Assembly (NCBI GenBank): GCA_050185805.1
Contig: JBFWZB010000006.1
Location: forward strand, 5,818-69,817
Direction of reading: 5' to 3'
DNA length: 64,000 nucleotides
Source: Hyphomonadaceae bacterium
GTDB taxonomy: Bacteria; Pseudomonadota; Alphaproteobacteria; Caulobacterales; Aquidulcibacteraceae
The position numbers were made by a program, and so were the translations under genes. A model generated the notes under the pieces. That model ran no database searches and was not told the DNA's origin. It saw only the letters and a program-made list of their open reading frames with translations. Positions 40,876 to 53,060 of the stretch are shown one piece after another; position 1 is the first letter of the stretch, and each line of letters begins with the position of its first letter.

Positions 40876-42353
40876 ACGAGATCATCACAATCGCGCAGAT
40901 GCGCGCCATTGACGAAGGCGCGGCGGCGGCCGGTGTTCCGACATCGACCTTAATGGAGAATGCTGGGCGCGCTGTGGCCGACGCCGCATGCGCGCGCTTC
41001 CAGCAGCGTCCCGTGATCGTTGCGTGCGGGCCTGGGAATAATGGCGGTGATGGCTGGGTCGCTGCACGCCTCTTGCGCGTGCGGGGCTGGGACGTGCGCG
41101 TGCTGTCTCTGGTCCCACGCGAAGCGTTGCGCGGCGACGCTGCGGCGATGGCGCAGGCTTGGGATGGGCCGGTGGGCGCGCCCAGCGACGATCTGAACGA
41201 CGCCTTGGTGATCGACGCGCTTTTCGGCGCTGGCCTCGCGCGTCCGCTGGAGGGTGACGCCGCCCGGCTGGCGCAAATCATGTCGCAATCGCCGGAACGC
41301 GTCGTTGCGGTGGACGTGCCGAGCGGCCTGCATGGCGACACCGGCGCGCCGCTGGGCGAGGCGTGTGTGCGCGCGGCACTTACCGTGACGTTCGTGCGCA
41401 AGAAGGCTGCGCACGTGCTGATGCCGGGGAGACATCTCTGCGGCGCCGTGATCGTCGCAGACATCGGCGCTCCGGAAGATGTCGTCGCTGCGCAGGGCGT
41501 CACGCTCTACGAGAATGGTCCAGGCTTATGGGGTGCGTCGTTTCCCTGGCCGGATGCGGAAACCCACAAACACGCACGCGGACATGTCATGGTGGCGAGC
41601 GGCGGGCGCATGCGCACGGGCGCTGCGCGGTTGGCCGCACGCGGCGCGTTGCGCGCGGGCGCCGGCTTGGTGACGGTGCTTTCGCCGCTGCGCGCTATTG
41701 CCGAGAACGCCGCCCAGCTCACCGCCATCATGCTCGATGCAGCGACATCGCCGGGACACTATTCCGAGGCGGCGTTGAAGGCCGACGCGATGGTGATTGG
41801 TCCTGCGTTTGGGTTGGAAGAACGCCATCGTGAACGCCTGCATGCCGCCCGCAGCACGCAAAAGCGGCGCCCGATCGTGTTCGACGCCGACGCCATCACG
41901 CTGCTTGCGCCGATCAAGCGCGGTCAATTGCAGCCGCGCGACGTCATCACGCCCCACGTCGGCGAGTTCAAGCGCGCCTTCCCGAACCTGCTGAGCAACA
42001 GCAACCATCGCATCGAGGCCGCGCGCGCAGCGGCGGCCGCCTGCGGGGCGACGGTGCTGCTGAAAGGGCCCGATACCGTGATCGCCGCCGCTGATGGGCG
42101 CGCGGCCGTGAATACGACCGGCGCGCCGTCGCTCGCCACGGCCGGCAGCGGCGACGTGCTGGCCGGTTTCGTTGCGGCTCTGATCGCCCAAGGCATGCCC
42201 TCGTTCGAGGCCGCCGCTGCGGCGGCATGGCTGCACGGGCGCACCGCCGAAGCATACGGGCGGGGGTTGATTGCGGAGGACATTCCGGAGATTTTTCCGG
42301 CTGTCCTCAACGCTTTGGCGAAAAATGCGGGCAAGGCGGGCGCCGATTCCTAG
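40872..42353 (+). CDS. nnr: bifunctional NAD(P)H-hydrate epimerase/dehydratase
   Basis: LMENAG, GPGNNGGDG, DALFGAG, TPHVGEF, LATAGSGDVLAG. Confidence 0.93.
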   Translation: MNEIITIAQMRAIDEGAAAAGVPTSTLMENAGRAVADAACARFQQRPVIVACGPGNNGGDGWVAARLLRVRGWDVRVLSLVPREALRGDAAAMAQAWDGPVGAPSDDLNDALVIDALFGAGLARPLEGDAARLAQIMSQSPERVVAVDVPSGLHGDTGAPLGEACVRAALTVTFVRKKAAHVLMPGRHLCGAVIVADIGAPEDVVAAQGVTLYENGPGLWGASFPWPDAETHKHARGHVMVASGGRMRTGAARLAARGALRAGAGLVTVLSPLRAIAENAAQLTAIMLDAATSPGHYSEAALKADAMVIGPAFGLEERHRERLHAARSTQKRRPIVFDADAITLLAPIKRGQLQPRDVITPHVGEFKRAFPNLLSNSNHRIEAARAAAAACGATVLLKGPDTVIAAADGRAAVNTTGAPSLATAGSGDVLAGFVAALIAQGMPSFEAAAAAAWLHGRTAEAYGRGLIAEDIPEIFPAVLNALAKNAGKAGADS

Positions 42354-42428
42354 GCTGCCCTGTTTTGATCCTGGTTTCTGCGTTAACAGAGAAGCCGGGA
42401 CGCACGTCATCCGGATAAGGGGTCGGCA

Positions 42429-43112
42429 ATGGTTTGGTGGTGGTGGATCATACCTGGCGTCGTCGGCGTCATCGGGCTCGCCATCGTGCTTTCAGGCCTC
42501 GGCTGGATGTTCCGCGGGCGCCCCTTCAAGGGCGGGCGCGGCGTGCTTGGTGGCGCAATCTTCCTGGGCACGGCGGGGCTCGTGAGCCTGCTTGGCCTCA
42601 ACATCCAGACCTATCATCGTTTGACCTACGAACGCCCGGTCGCGACCATCGAACTGACGCAGCGCGGCCCACAATTGTTCGACGCTGTCGTCACCGAGCC
42701 GCCGACTGACGACAATCCCGAAGGTCAGCGCCGCGATTTCGAAGTGCATGGCGATGAATGGCGCATCGAAGCGCGCGTGCTGAAGTGGAAGCCCTGGGCC
42801 AATGTGCTCGGGCTCGATTCCCAATATCGGCTGGATCGCTTCTCAGGCCGCTACACCGACACTCAGCAGGAGCTGACGGCGGAGCGCAGCGCCTATGATA
42901 TCCGTCCGGCGCGGCAATCCGGCATCGACCTCTGGCCGCTGGCGCGGGATTTCAGCGAATATGCGCCGCTGGTTGATACGCTCTATGGTTCAGGCGCTTA
43001 CATGCCGATGGCGGACGGCGCCCGCTACGAGGTGCGGATCACCCAGAACGGCCTCATAGCGCGCCCGACCAACGAGGCCGCCGCCGAGGCTTCGTCGAGC
43101 GGCTGGCAATAG
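42429..43112 (+). CDS. hypothetical membrane protein (2 TM + soluble domain)
   Basis: TYHRLT.E, GDEW..EAR.LKW, YGSGAYMPMADGA conserved-looking motifs. Confidence 0.75.
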   Translation: MVWWWWIIPGVVGVIGLAIVLSGLGWMFRGRPFKGGRGVLGGAIFLGTAGLVSLLGLNIQTYHRLTYERPVATIELTQRGPQLFDAVVTEPPTDDNPEGQRRDFEVHGDEWRIEARVLKWKPWANVLGLDSQYRLDRFSGRYTDTQQELTAERSAYDIRPARQSGIDLWPLARDFSEYAPLVDTLYGSGAYMPMADGARYEVRITQNGLIARPTNEAAAEASSSGWQ

Positions 43113-43156
43113 GGCGGTGGACGACGCCCGCGGCGGCGCCTAAACCGGCCCCTCCA

Positions 43157-43241
43157 GCGGACGTGGCGGAACTGGCAGACGCACTGGATTTAGGTTCCAG
43201 CGCCGCAAGGCGTGCGGGTTCGACTCCCGCCGTCCGCACCA
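43157..43241 (+). tRNA. tRNA-Leu (anticodon TAG)
   Basis: GCGGACG/CGTCCGC acceptor stem, CTGGA-TTTAGGT-TCCAG anticodon arm, variable arm, CCA; upstream of tig. Confidence 0.97.
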
Positions 43242-43353
43242 GCTTTTGGACGCGTGGACACCCGGATTTCCGCGTGTCATAAGCCCGGCTTTCCTGAATA
43301 CCCGCCGCGGCAAAGGACTTGCAGCGCCCCGGCGCATGTCGAGAGCCCGTCCA

Positions 43354-44754
43354 ATGCAATTCACCGAACGCCGTTCCGAAGGCCTCCTGCGCGTCTATGA
43401 CGTGGTGGTGCCGCGGGCGGAGCTGGAGCAGCGCCTCAACGCCAAGATCGAAGAGGTGCGTCCACGCGTTCGTCTGAACGGTTTCCGCCCGGGCAAAGTC
43501 CCCGCCAGCCACATCCGCAAGATGTACGGCCCCTCGATGATGCAAGACATCATCAACGAGACGGTGCAGCGTTCAACGCGTGAATCGCTCGAGAAGGCGC
43601 AGGCGCGCCCCGCCTCCGAGCCGACGCTCGATCTCAAGAGCGACATGTCGAAAGTCGCCGCCGGCGAAGCCGATTTGCAGTTTGAGGTCTCGCTCGAAGT
43701 GATGCCGGATTTCGAGCCGGCTGACCTCAAGTCGATCGCGATCACGCGTCCGGTGGCGCCGGTGAGCGACGAACAGGTCGATGAGGCGCTGGGCGAATTG
43801 GCCCGCGCGCAGAAGGTCTACGAAGAGAAGAAGGGTGCAGCCGCCGAGGATGATCAGGTGGTGCTCGATTTCGTCGGCAAGATTGACGGCGAAGCCTTCG
43901 ACGGCGGCACGGCGAATGACGCGCAAGTCGTCATCGGCGCCAAGCAATTCATCCCCGGTTTCGAGGAAGGTTTGGTTGGCGTGAAGGCTGGTGACGAGCG
44001 CGTGCTCGACGTTGCTTTCCCGGAGGATTATCCGGTCGCGTCGCTCAAGGGAAAAGCCGCGAAGTTTGAAACCAAGATCAAGCAGGTGAAGGCGCCTAAG
44101 GCGGGCGAGCCGGACGATGCATGGGCGACCAATTTGGGTTTTGAGAGCCTTGCCGCGCTGAAGGGCGCGCTACGTCAACGCATCGAAAACGATCACAGCA
44201 CGCAATCGCGCGCCAAGGCTAAGCGGGCGCTGTTCGATGTGCTCGACGAAAAGCACAGCTTCGACCTGCCGCCGCGCATGCTCGAAGCGGAATTCAACCA
44301 GATCTGGCGCCAGATCGAAGCCGACAAAAAAGCCGGCAGGCTCGATCCGACGGACGAAGGCAAGAGCGACGAAGAACTCAAAACCGAGTATCGCCGCATC
44401 GCCGAGCGCCGTGTGCGCCTGGGCCTGCTGCTTGCCGAGATCGGCCGCCGCCACAAGGTTGAGGTGTCCGATCAAGAGGTGGCCAATGCGGTCGCCGCGC
44501 AGGCGCGGAACTTTCCGGGCCAGGAGCGCCAAATATTCGAGGCTTATCAGCGCAATCCAAACCTGCTCGCGCAGGTGCGCGCGCCGATCTATGAGGAAAA
44601 AGTCGTGGATTACGTGCTGGAGCTGGTCAAGGTGACCAACACGGACGTAAACCGCGACGAGCTCTTCGCCGATGACGACGACTTGCCGGCCGCTAAAGAG
44701 GAAGCGCCGAAGCCCCGGAAGCCCAAGCAGACCAAAGCCAAAGCCGAGGAATAG
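43354..44754 (+). CDS. tig: trigger factor
   Basis: GFRPGKVP, FKBP domain (DFVGK..F.GG, FIPGFEE), AERRVRLGL. Confidence 0.96.
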   Translation: MQFTERRSEGLLRVYDVVVPRAELEQRLNAKIEEVRPRVRLNGFRPGKVPASHIRKMYGPSMMQDIINETVQRSTRESLEKAQARPASEPTLDLKSDMSKVAAGEADLQFEVSLEVMPDFEPADLKSIAITRPVAPVSDEQVDEALGELARAQKVYEEKKGAAAEDDQVVLDFVGKIDGEAFDGGTANDAQVVIGAKQFIPGFEEGLVGVKAGDERVLDVAFPEDYPVASLKGKAAKFETKIKQVKAPKAGEPDDAWATNLGFESLAALKGALRQRIENDHSTQSRAKAKRALFDVLDEKHSFDLPPRMLEAEFNQIWRQIEADKKAGRLDPTDEGKSDEELKTEYRRIAERRVRLGLLLAEIGRRHKVEVSDQEVANAVAAQARNFPGQERQIFEAYQRNPNLLAQVRAPIYEEKVVDYVLELVKVTNTDVNRDELFADDDDLPAAKEEAPKPRKPKQTKAKAEE

Positions 44755-44849
44755 GCGGGCCGCAGAGCCAGGGCTTGCGGGCTGGCGCGAGCCGTCAAAT
44801 ATGAAGCCCGCGGCGGCAAGCGATTCCGTCCGCTTTCCGAAAGGCCCTT

Positions 44850-45494
44850 ATGTCCTCGTTCGATCCCATCGCCCGCTACGCCCAGCTCGTTCCCATGGTG
44901 GTCGAGCAGACGAGCCGGGGCGAGCGCGCCTTCGACATCTTCTCGCGCCTGCTCAAGGAGCGGATCATCTTCGTCACAGGCGGGGTGGAAGACGGCATGG
45001 CCAGCCTTGTGACGGCCCAGCTGCTGTTCTTGGAATCGGAGAACCCGAAGCGGGAAATCTCCATGTATATCAACAGCCCGGGCGGTATCGTGACCTCCGG
45101 TTTGGCGATTTACGACACCATGCAATACATCCGCAGCCCGGTCTCGACCGTCTGTATCGGCCAAGCCGCGTCCATGGGATCGCTGCTTTTGGCGGCAGGT
45201 GAGAAGGGTTTGCGCATCTGCCTTCCCAATGCGCGGGTCATGGTCCACCAGCCCTCGGGCGGCTTCCGCGGCCAGGCCTCCGACATCGAGCGTCACGCCG
45301 AGGACATTATCGCGACCAAGCGCCGGCTGAACGAAATCTATGTTAAACATACCGGCCAACCCTATGAACGGGTTGAGAAAACTCTCGATCGGGATCATTT
45401 CATGACGGCCGAGGAGGCGCGGGCGTTCGGGATCGTCGACCGGGTCTATGAGAAACGGGAATTGACCGAGGCCGGCCCGTCTTTGGGCGCCTGA
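44850..45494 (+). CDS. clpP: ATP-dependent Clp protease proteolytic subunit
   Basis: DIFSRLL, YINSPGG, AASMG, MVHQP, DRD. Confidence 0.98.
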   Translation: MSSFDPIARYAQLVPMVVEQTSRGERAFDIFSRLLKERIIFVTGGVEDGMASLVTAQLLFLESENPKREISMYINSPGGIVTSGLAIYDTMQYIRSPVSTVCIGQAASMGSLLLAAGEKGLRICLPNARVMVHQPSGGFRGQASDIERHAEDIIATKRRLNEIYVKHTGQPYERVEKTLDRDHFMTAEEARAFGIVDRVYEKRELTEAGPSLGA

Positions 45495-45585
45495 GGCCCT
45501 AGAGCCGCTGCGGCCGCTCGCTTGCGGCCCCGGCCTTGCTATGATGAGTTTATGTGTCCCGGGGGACGCCGGGCTGGTGAACGCT

Positions 45586-45612
45586 TTGGAAAGGGATAAC
45601 CCCGCACCATCT
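45586..45612 (+). promoter_or_regulatory. possible RpoH (sigma32) promoter of clpX
   Basis: TTG-N18-CCATCT upstream of clpX; weak motif. Confidence 0.3.
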
Positions 45613-45696
45613 TGAGGTTAGCGGGGGCGAGAGGGAGGCCATCAGGCCGCCCTGATCTCTCATCAAAGTTGGCGCCCGTCCGAACAAGGAAGGCGA

Positions 45697-46965
45697 ATGA
45701 GCAAAGGCACAGCCGGCGGAGAGTCCAAGAACACTCTCTACTGCTCTTTCTGTGGGAAGAGCCAGCACGAGGTGCGCAAGCTCATTGCGGGCCCGACCGT
45801 GTTCATCTGCGATGAATGCGTCGAGCTCTGCATGGACATTATCCGCGAGGAGCACAAAACCTCCCTGGTCAAGTCCAAGGAAGGGGTGCCGAGCCCGCGC
45901 GAGATCAAGGACGTGCTCGACGATTATGTCGTCGGTCAAGATCACGCCAAGCGCGTGCTCTCTGTCGCGGTCCACAACCATTACAAGCGGCTGAACCACG
46001 CTGCGAAGAACAACGACGTCGAGCTGGCGAAATCGAACATCCTGCTGATCGGGCCGACCGGCTGCGGCAAGACGCTGCTGGCCCAAACGCTCGCGCGCAT
46101 CATCGACGTGCCGTTCACGATGGCGGACGCCACGACGTTGACCGAAGCCGGCTATGTCGGCGAGGACGTCGAAAACATCATTCTCAAGCTGTTGCAGGCC
46201 GCCGATTACAATGTCGAGCGCGCGCAGCGCGGCATCGTCTATATCGACGAGGTCGATAAGATTTCCCGCAAGAGCGATAATCCATCGATTACCCGCGACG
46301 TTTCGGGCGAGGGCGTGCAGCAAGCGCTCTTGAAGATCATGGAAGGCACCGTGGCGTCGGTGCCGCCGCAAGGCGGTCGCAAGCATCCGCAGCAGGAATT
46401 CCTGCAGGTCGACACCACCAACATCCTGTTCATCTGCGGCGGCGCTTTCGCCGGGCTGGACAAGATCATTTCCGCGCGCGGCAAAGGCTCGGCGATGGGG
46501 TTCGGGGCCACGGTGCGCGACCCGGAAGACCGCCGCACCGGCGAAATCCTCCGCGAAATCGAGCCTGACGATCTGCTGAAGTTCGGGCTCATCCCGGAAT
46601 TCGTCGGCCGCCTGCCTGTGCTGGCGACTTTGGAAGATCTCGACGAGCCGGCGCTGGTCACCATTCTGACCGAGCCGAAGAACGCGCTCGTCAAGCAATA
46701 TCAGCGCATGTTCGAGATGGAGAACGTCCGTCTCTCGTTCCCGGACGAAGCGCTTCGCGCCATCGCCCGCAAGGCCATCGCTCGCAAAACCGGGGCCCGC
46801 GGCCTCCGCTCGATCCTCGAAGCCATCCTGCTCGACACAATGTTCGAGTTGCCCTCGATGCGCGGCGTGGAGGAAGTGGTTGTCTCGGCTGATGTCGTCG
46901 AAGGCCGAGCCAAGCCGCTGCAAATCTACTCGGAACGCCGCAACGGCCAAGAATCCGCCGGCTGA
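45697..46965 (+). CDS. clpX: Clp protease ATP-binding subunit ClpX
   Basis: CSFC...CDEC zinc finger, [18 protein letters not shown] loop. Confidence 0.98.
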   Translation: MSKGTAGGESKNTLYCSFCGKSQHEVRKLIAGPTVFICDECVELCMDIIREEHKTSLVKSKEGVPSPREIKDVLDDYVVGQDHAKRVLSVAVHNHYKRLNHAAKNNDVELAKSNILLIGPTGCGKTLLAQTLARIIDVPFTMADATTLTEAGYVGEDVENIILKLLQAADYNVERAQRGIVYIDEVDKISRKSDNPSITRDVSGEGVQQALLKIMEGTVASVPPQGGRKHPQQEFLQVDTTNILFICGGAFAGLDKIISARGKGSAMGFGATVRDPEDRRTGEILREIEPDDLLKFGLIPEFVGRLPVLATLEDLDEPALVTILTEPKNALVKQYQRMFEMENVRLSFPDEALRAIARKAIARKTGARGLRSILEAILLDTMFELPSMRGVEEVVVSADVVEGRAKPLQIYSERRNGQESAG

Positions 46966-47065
46966 ATGCTGGCCTAACGGCAAATGTAAATCATTCCGAA
47001 ACCGCGTATATTTGCGCGGGAACTTGCTTGCTTTTGTGCATCCACACGCTAGCTCGTCGGCGACA

Positions 47066-47094
47066 CTTGAAGCCGTGAGCGAACACCCACACAT
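47066..47094 (+). promoter_or_regulatory. possible RpoH (sigma32) promoter of lon
   Basis: CTTGAA-N14-CCCACACAT upstream of lon; imperfect. Confidence 0.35.
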
Positions 47095-47173
47095 TTTCTC
47101 TCGTTAAGGCTGCTGCGCGGACGGACGGACTTTCCCGAACCCGGAGAGCGCCTGCAGACCCAAGGAGACTTTC

Positions 47174-49573
<2,400 letters not shown>

Positions 49574-49713
49574 GTTCCGTCGTATGCGTGGGCCAACAGC
49601 GCTTGCGTATACGAAATAAATGAAGAAGCCTGGGGACGCCCGTTGGCTGGCTTTTGACAAGCCGTGCTCGCGGGCGTCCTTATGCTTTCATCAGAATCGA
49701 TGAGGGGCCCCTA

Positions 49714-49983
49714 ATGAACAAAGCAGAACTGGTCGCGGACGTGGCCGAGCGCATCAGCGATTCAAAGATGAAGGCCGAAGAGGCCGTCGATGCGGTTTTC
49801 GAGGCGGTCAAGGACGCGCTGAAGCGTGGCGATGAAGTCCGGTTGCCGGCGTTCGGTGTGTTCGATGTGAAAGCGACGGCGGCGCGCACTGCGCGCAATC
49901 CGCAGACCGGCGAAGAGGTCAAGGTGCCCGCCGGCAAAAAGGCGCGCTTCAAGCCGGGGAAGGCGCTTAAAGACGCGCTCTAA
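49714..49983 (+). CDS. hup: HU DNA-binding protein
   Basis: MNKAELV, AFGVF, ARNPQTG, FKPGKALKD. Confidence 0.95.
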   Translation: MNKAELVADVAERISDSKMKAEEAVDAVFEAVKDALKRGDEVRLPAFGVFDVKATAARTARNPQTGEEVKVPAGKKARFKPGKALKDAL

Positions 49984-49987
49984 AGCC

Positions 49988-50022
49988 AAAGAGGGCGGGC
50001 CCGCAGGGGCGCCGCCCTTTTC
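49988..50022 (+). terminator. intrinsic terminator after HU
   Basis: AAAGAGGGCGG...CCGCCCTTTTT hairpin plus T-tract. Confidence 0.65.
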
Positions 50023-50052
50023 ATTTGCGGCGCCGCCGTGTAGCCAAGCCGC

Positions 50053-50358
50053 ATGCTCGCAAAGATTTACCGGCCTACCAAGAACGCCATGCAATCAGGC
50101 AGGGCGAACACGCGCCGCTGGGTGCTGGAATTCGAGCCCGCGCTCGCCCCGAGTTCGGATGCGCTGATGGGCTGGACCAGTTCGGCTGATCCCTCGGGCC
50201 AGGTGCGGCTCAAGTTTGACTCCAAGGAGCAGGCGATCGCATTCGCGCGGAGCAACGCGATCCCACATCAAGTGATCGAGCCTGAAGAGGCCAAGCGCAT
50301 CCCCAAAGCCTACGGCGACAATTTTGCGTTTCGGCGGCGCGAGCCGTGGTCGCACTGA
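50053..50358 (+). CDS. ETC complex I subunit (NDUFS4/NuoS4-like)
   Basis: IYRP.KNAMQSG, LMGWTSS.D, L.F.SKE.A, YGDNF. Confidence 0.92.
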   Translation: MLAKIYRPTKNAMQSGRANTRRWVLEFEPALAPSSDALMGWTSSADPSGQVRLKFDSKEQAIAFARSNAIPHQVIEPEEAKRIPKAYGDNFAFRRREPWSH

Positions 50359-50403
50359 CCCCGCCGTCCAGTCGTCGCGCTGCAGCGTTAAGCATGTGAC
50401 GCT

Positions 50404-51246
50404 ATGATCGACGCCATTGACGCGGCCAACACTGAAGCGGCGATTGATCTCCTGGCGGAAGGCTTCCCGCTGCGCAGCCGTGATTTTTGGGCCGATTGCG
50501 TAGAGCGGATACGCACACTCGGCGGCAATGAAGCCGCGGGCGTACCGCTTGGCTTCATCATGCGCGACAAGGGCGCCCCGGTCGGCGTCGTGCTGATCAT
50601 CGGCGCGACGCGGCCACAACCCGGCGGGGGCGTATCGAAGCGGGTCAATTTCTCGGCCTGGTGTATGAAGCCGGCTCACCGCTGGAAGGCGCCGCTGATG
50701 ATCCGCAAGGTCGCCAAGCTGCCGGTGGACCTGGTGACGGACCTCACAGCGTCCCGCGAAGTTGCGCGTATTCTCCCGACCTTCGGCTTCCAGCCCATCA
50801 CGGCGGGCATTTCGATCCTGCCGACGCCGGCCGGCATGCTGATCCCGGGTCCGCCGGCCCAGCTGCGCGCGCTTGATGAAAACGCGCCCGGCGATCCCGC
50901 GATTGCGCGCATGCTGCTCGCCCATGCCCGATTTGGCTGCATTCCCATGCTGCTGAGCGCCGCCGCCGCCGCCACGCCAATCATGTTTAAGATGACGCGG
51001 TTGCGCGGAATGAGGGCCGCGCGCGTCATTTATTGCGGCGACAAAGCCATGCTGCGCCGTCATGTCGGCGCGGTGTCTGCGTTTGTGCTCAGCCGCGGCG
51101 CGCTTTTGCTGTTGCTTGACTTGCCGCTGGACGGCGGCGCGCCGGGCTTTCACCGGCCCGGGCGCAGCGTAAAATTCGCCATCGGCGCTATCGATCCGGC
51201 TAGCATCGATTATGCAGGGTCTGAGCTTGCCGTGTTCGATTTGTGA
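50404..51246 (+). CDS. putative GNAT-fold acyltransferase
   Basis: GF.....G..VG, NFSAWCMKPAHR (motif A-like), TDLTA...ILPTFGF (motif B-like); first gene of the ACP operon. Confidence 0.55.
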   Translation: MIDAIDAANTEAAIDLLAEGFPLRSRDFWADCVERIRTLGGNEAAGVPLGFIMRDKGAPVGVVLIIGATRPQPGGGVSKRVNFSAWCMKPAHRWKAPLMIRKVAKLPVDLVTDLTASREVARILPTFGFQPITAGISILPTPAGMLIPGPPAQLRALDENAPGDPAIARMLLAHARFGCIPMLLSAAAAATPIMFKMTRLRGMRAARVIYCGDKAMLRRHVGAVSAFVLSRGALLLLLDLPLDGGAPGFHRPGRSVKFAIGAIDPASIDYAGSELAVFDL

Positions 51247-51282
51247 AGTCAGAAAGCGGCGCGCTGTGGGAGGGGAATTGTA

Positions 51283-51555
51283 ATGCAGGCCGCCGAAGCA
51301 GAAGCCTTGGCCGCGATTAGGGGATTTCTGGAGGCAGCCAGTCTGCTCCCGCCGGATGGCTCGGTTACGCCGGATACGGCCCTGCTTGAGGGCGGCGCGA
51401 TCGACTCGCTCGGCATCCTGCAATTAACCGCTCACCTCGAAGACACGCTTGGTCTGCAATTCTCCGACGAAGATTTCCTGCCGGAGAATTTTGAAACCGT
51501 CGGCAGCCTGATGCGGTTTGCTGCGCGCCAGATCGAGGCGCGGGCGACGGCGTGA
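51283..51555 (+). CDS. stand-alone acyl/aminoacyl carrier protein
   Basis: G.IDSLG phosphopantetheine site; F.PENFETV..L tail as in DltC-like carriers. Confidence 0.9.
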   Translation: MQAAEAEALAAIRGFLEAASLLPPDGSVTPDTALLEGGAIDSLGILQLTAHLEDTLGLQFSDEDFLPENFETVGSLMRFAARQIEARATA

Positions 51556-53060
51556 TGTTGCTGCACCATCTGCTGGCCGCCCACGCGGGCAAGGACAAGA
51601 CGGCGATCGTCGATCGCAGCCGGCGCATGACCTACGCCGAATTCGCCGCAGCGGTGGAAGCGCAGGCCGCCCAGCTTGTCGCCGCCGGGGTGCAGCGCGG
51701 TGATCGCGTCGCAATTCTGCTGCCGAAGAGCATCGAGGAATGTGTCGCCATCTTCGCCGCCAGCCGCGCCGGTGCTGCGTTCGTCCCGATCAATGCCGAC
51801 CTGAAGCCGCCGCAAGTGCGTCACATCGTCGAGGATTGTGAGGCGCGCGCGCTGGTCAGCGCCGGCCCGCAACTTCACCAATTGGCAGACGCGCTGGCGA
51901 ACGTCTCGTTTCCCCTCACCATTGTCGATACCGGCGCGCCCATGCCGGAAGCGCCGCCGGCGCCGCCGTCCCCCTGCATCGGCGAGGACTTGGCCGCCAT
52001 TCTCTACACCTCCGGTTCGACCGGCCGCCCGAAAGGCGTGATGCTCAGCCACCGCAATCTGCTGGCGGGCGCGCGCATCGTGCGCACTTACCTCGGCATC
52101 GGCCCGGCCGAACGGATTTTGTCGATCCTGCCGTTCAGCTTCGATTACGGATTGAATCAGCTCACCACCGTGGTGGAGCAGGGCGCGACCATCGTGCTGT
52201 TCAGCTTTAAGTTCGGCGACGAAGTCGTGCGCGCTTTGGCCGAGCACGAGATCACCGGGTTGGCCGGCGTGCCGACACTGTGGGCCATTCTCACGCGCGC
52301 GGCGCCGAGCCTGGCCAAGACGCAATTGCCACATTTGCGCTACATCACAAATTCCGGCGGCGCCGTGCCGTCGAAAACCGTGGCGCGGCTGCAAGAGCTG
52401 CTGCCGACGACGCAGATCTTCCTGATGTACGGACTGACCGAGGCATTTCGGTCCACCTATTTGCCGCCGGATCAGGTCGGCGTGCGGCCGACTTCGATCG
52501 GCAAAGCGATCCCCGAATGTGAGGTGTTTCCCCTCACCGCTGATGGCCGCCGCGCCAAGCCGGGCGAACCGGGCATCCTCGTCCATCGCGGCCCGACGGT
52601 GTCGATGGGCTATTGGCGCCGCGAGGCCGAAACGGCTGCAGTGCTGCGCCGCAATCCGTTCACCAGCGCCCTCGAGGGCGGCGATGTCGTTTGCTGGTCT
52701 GGCGATCTCGTGACGCAGGATGAAGAGGGCTATCTTTATTTCGTCGCTCGCGAAGACGCGATGATCAAATCGGCCGGCTATCGCATCAGTCCGACCGAGG
52801 TCGAGGAAGTGCTGATGTCGACGGGCGCCTTCAAGCTTGTCGCCGTGATTGGCATTCCCGATGAATGGGTCGGCCAAAAGGTGCATGCTGTCGCCGTGGC
52901 GCTGCAGCCGGACGTCGATACGCGTGCGGTGCTGGCGCAGGTGTCGGCGCAATTGCCGTCGCACATGGTCCCCGCGCGTATCGAATTGGTCGAAACCATG
53001 CCGACGACGCCCAACGGCAAAGTCGATTATCCGAAGCTCAAGGCGGAGCGCAGCAAGTGA
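51552..53060 (+). CDS. AMP-forming adenylation enzyme (exosortase A-associated acyl-CoA ligase-like family)
   Basis: YTSGSTGRPKG, LPFSFDYG, MYGLTEAFRST, GD, GYRISPTEVE, PNGK. Confidence 0.9.
   Translation: MMLLHHLLAAHAGKDKTAIVDRSRRMTYAEFAAAVEAQAAQLVAAGVQRGDRVAILLPKSIEECVAIFAASRAGAAFVPINADLKPPQVRHIVEDCEARALVSAGPQLHQLADALANVSFPLTIVDTGAPMPEAPPAPPSPCIGEDLAAILYTSGSTGRPKGVMLSHRNLLAGARIVRTYLGIGPAERILSILPFSFDYGLNQLTTVVEQGATIVLFSFKFGDEVVRALAEHEITGLAGVPTLWAILTRAAPSLAKTQLPHLRYITNSGGAVPSKTVARLQELLPTTQIFLMYGLTEAFRSTYLPPDQVGVRPTSIGKAIPECEVFPLTADGRRAKPGEPGILVHRGPTVSMGYWRREAETAAVLRRNPFTSALEGGDVVCWSGDLVTQDEEGYLYFVAREDAMIKSAGYRISPTEVEEVLMSTGAFKLVAVIGIPDEWVGQKVHAVAVALQPDVDTRAVLAQVSAQLPSHMVPARIELVETMPTTPNGKVDYPKLKAERSK

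Noticed and set aside
45550-47094. Long antisense ORFs (514 aa opposite clpX, and similar ones opposite ptsP, sufS, parE and the adenylation enzyme)
   Set aside because: Typical shadow ORFs of high-GC coding sequence with no recognisable motifs.
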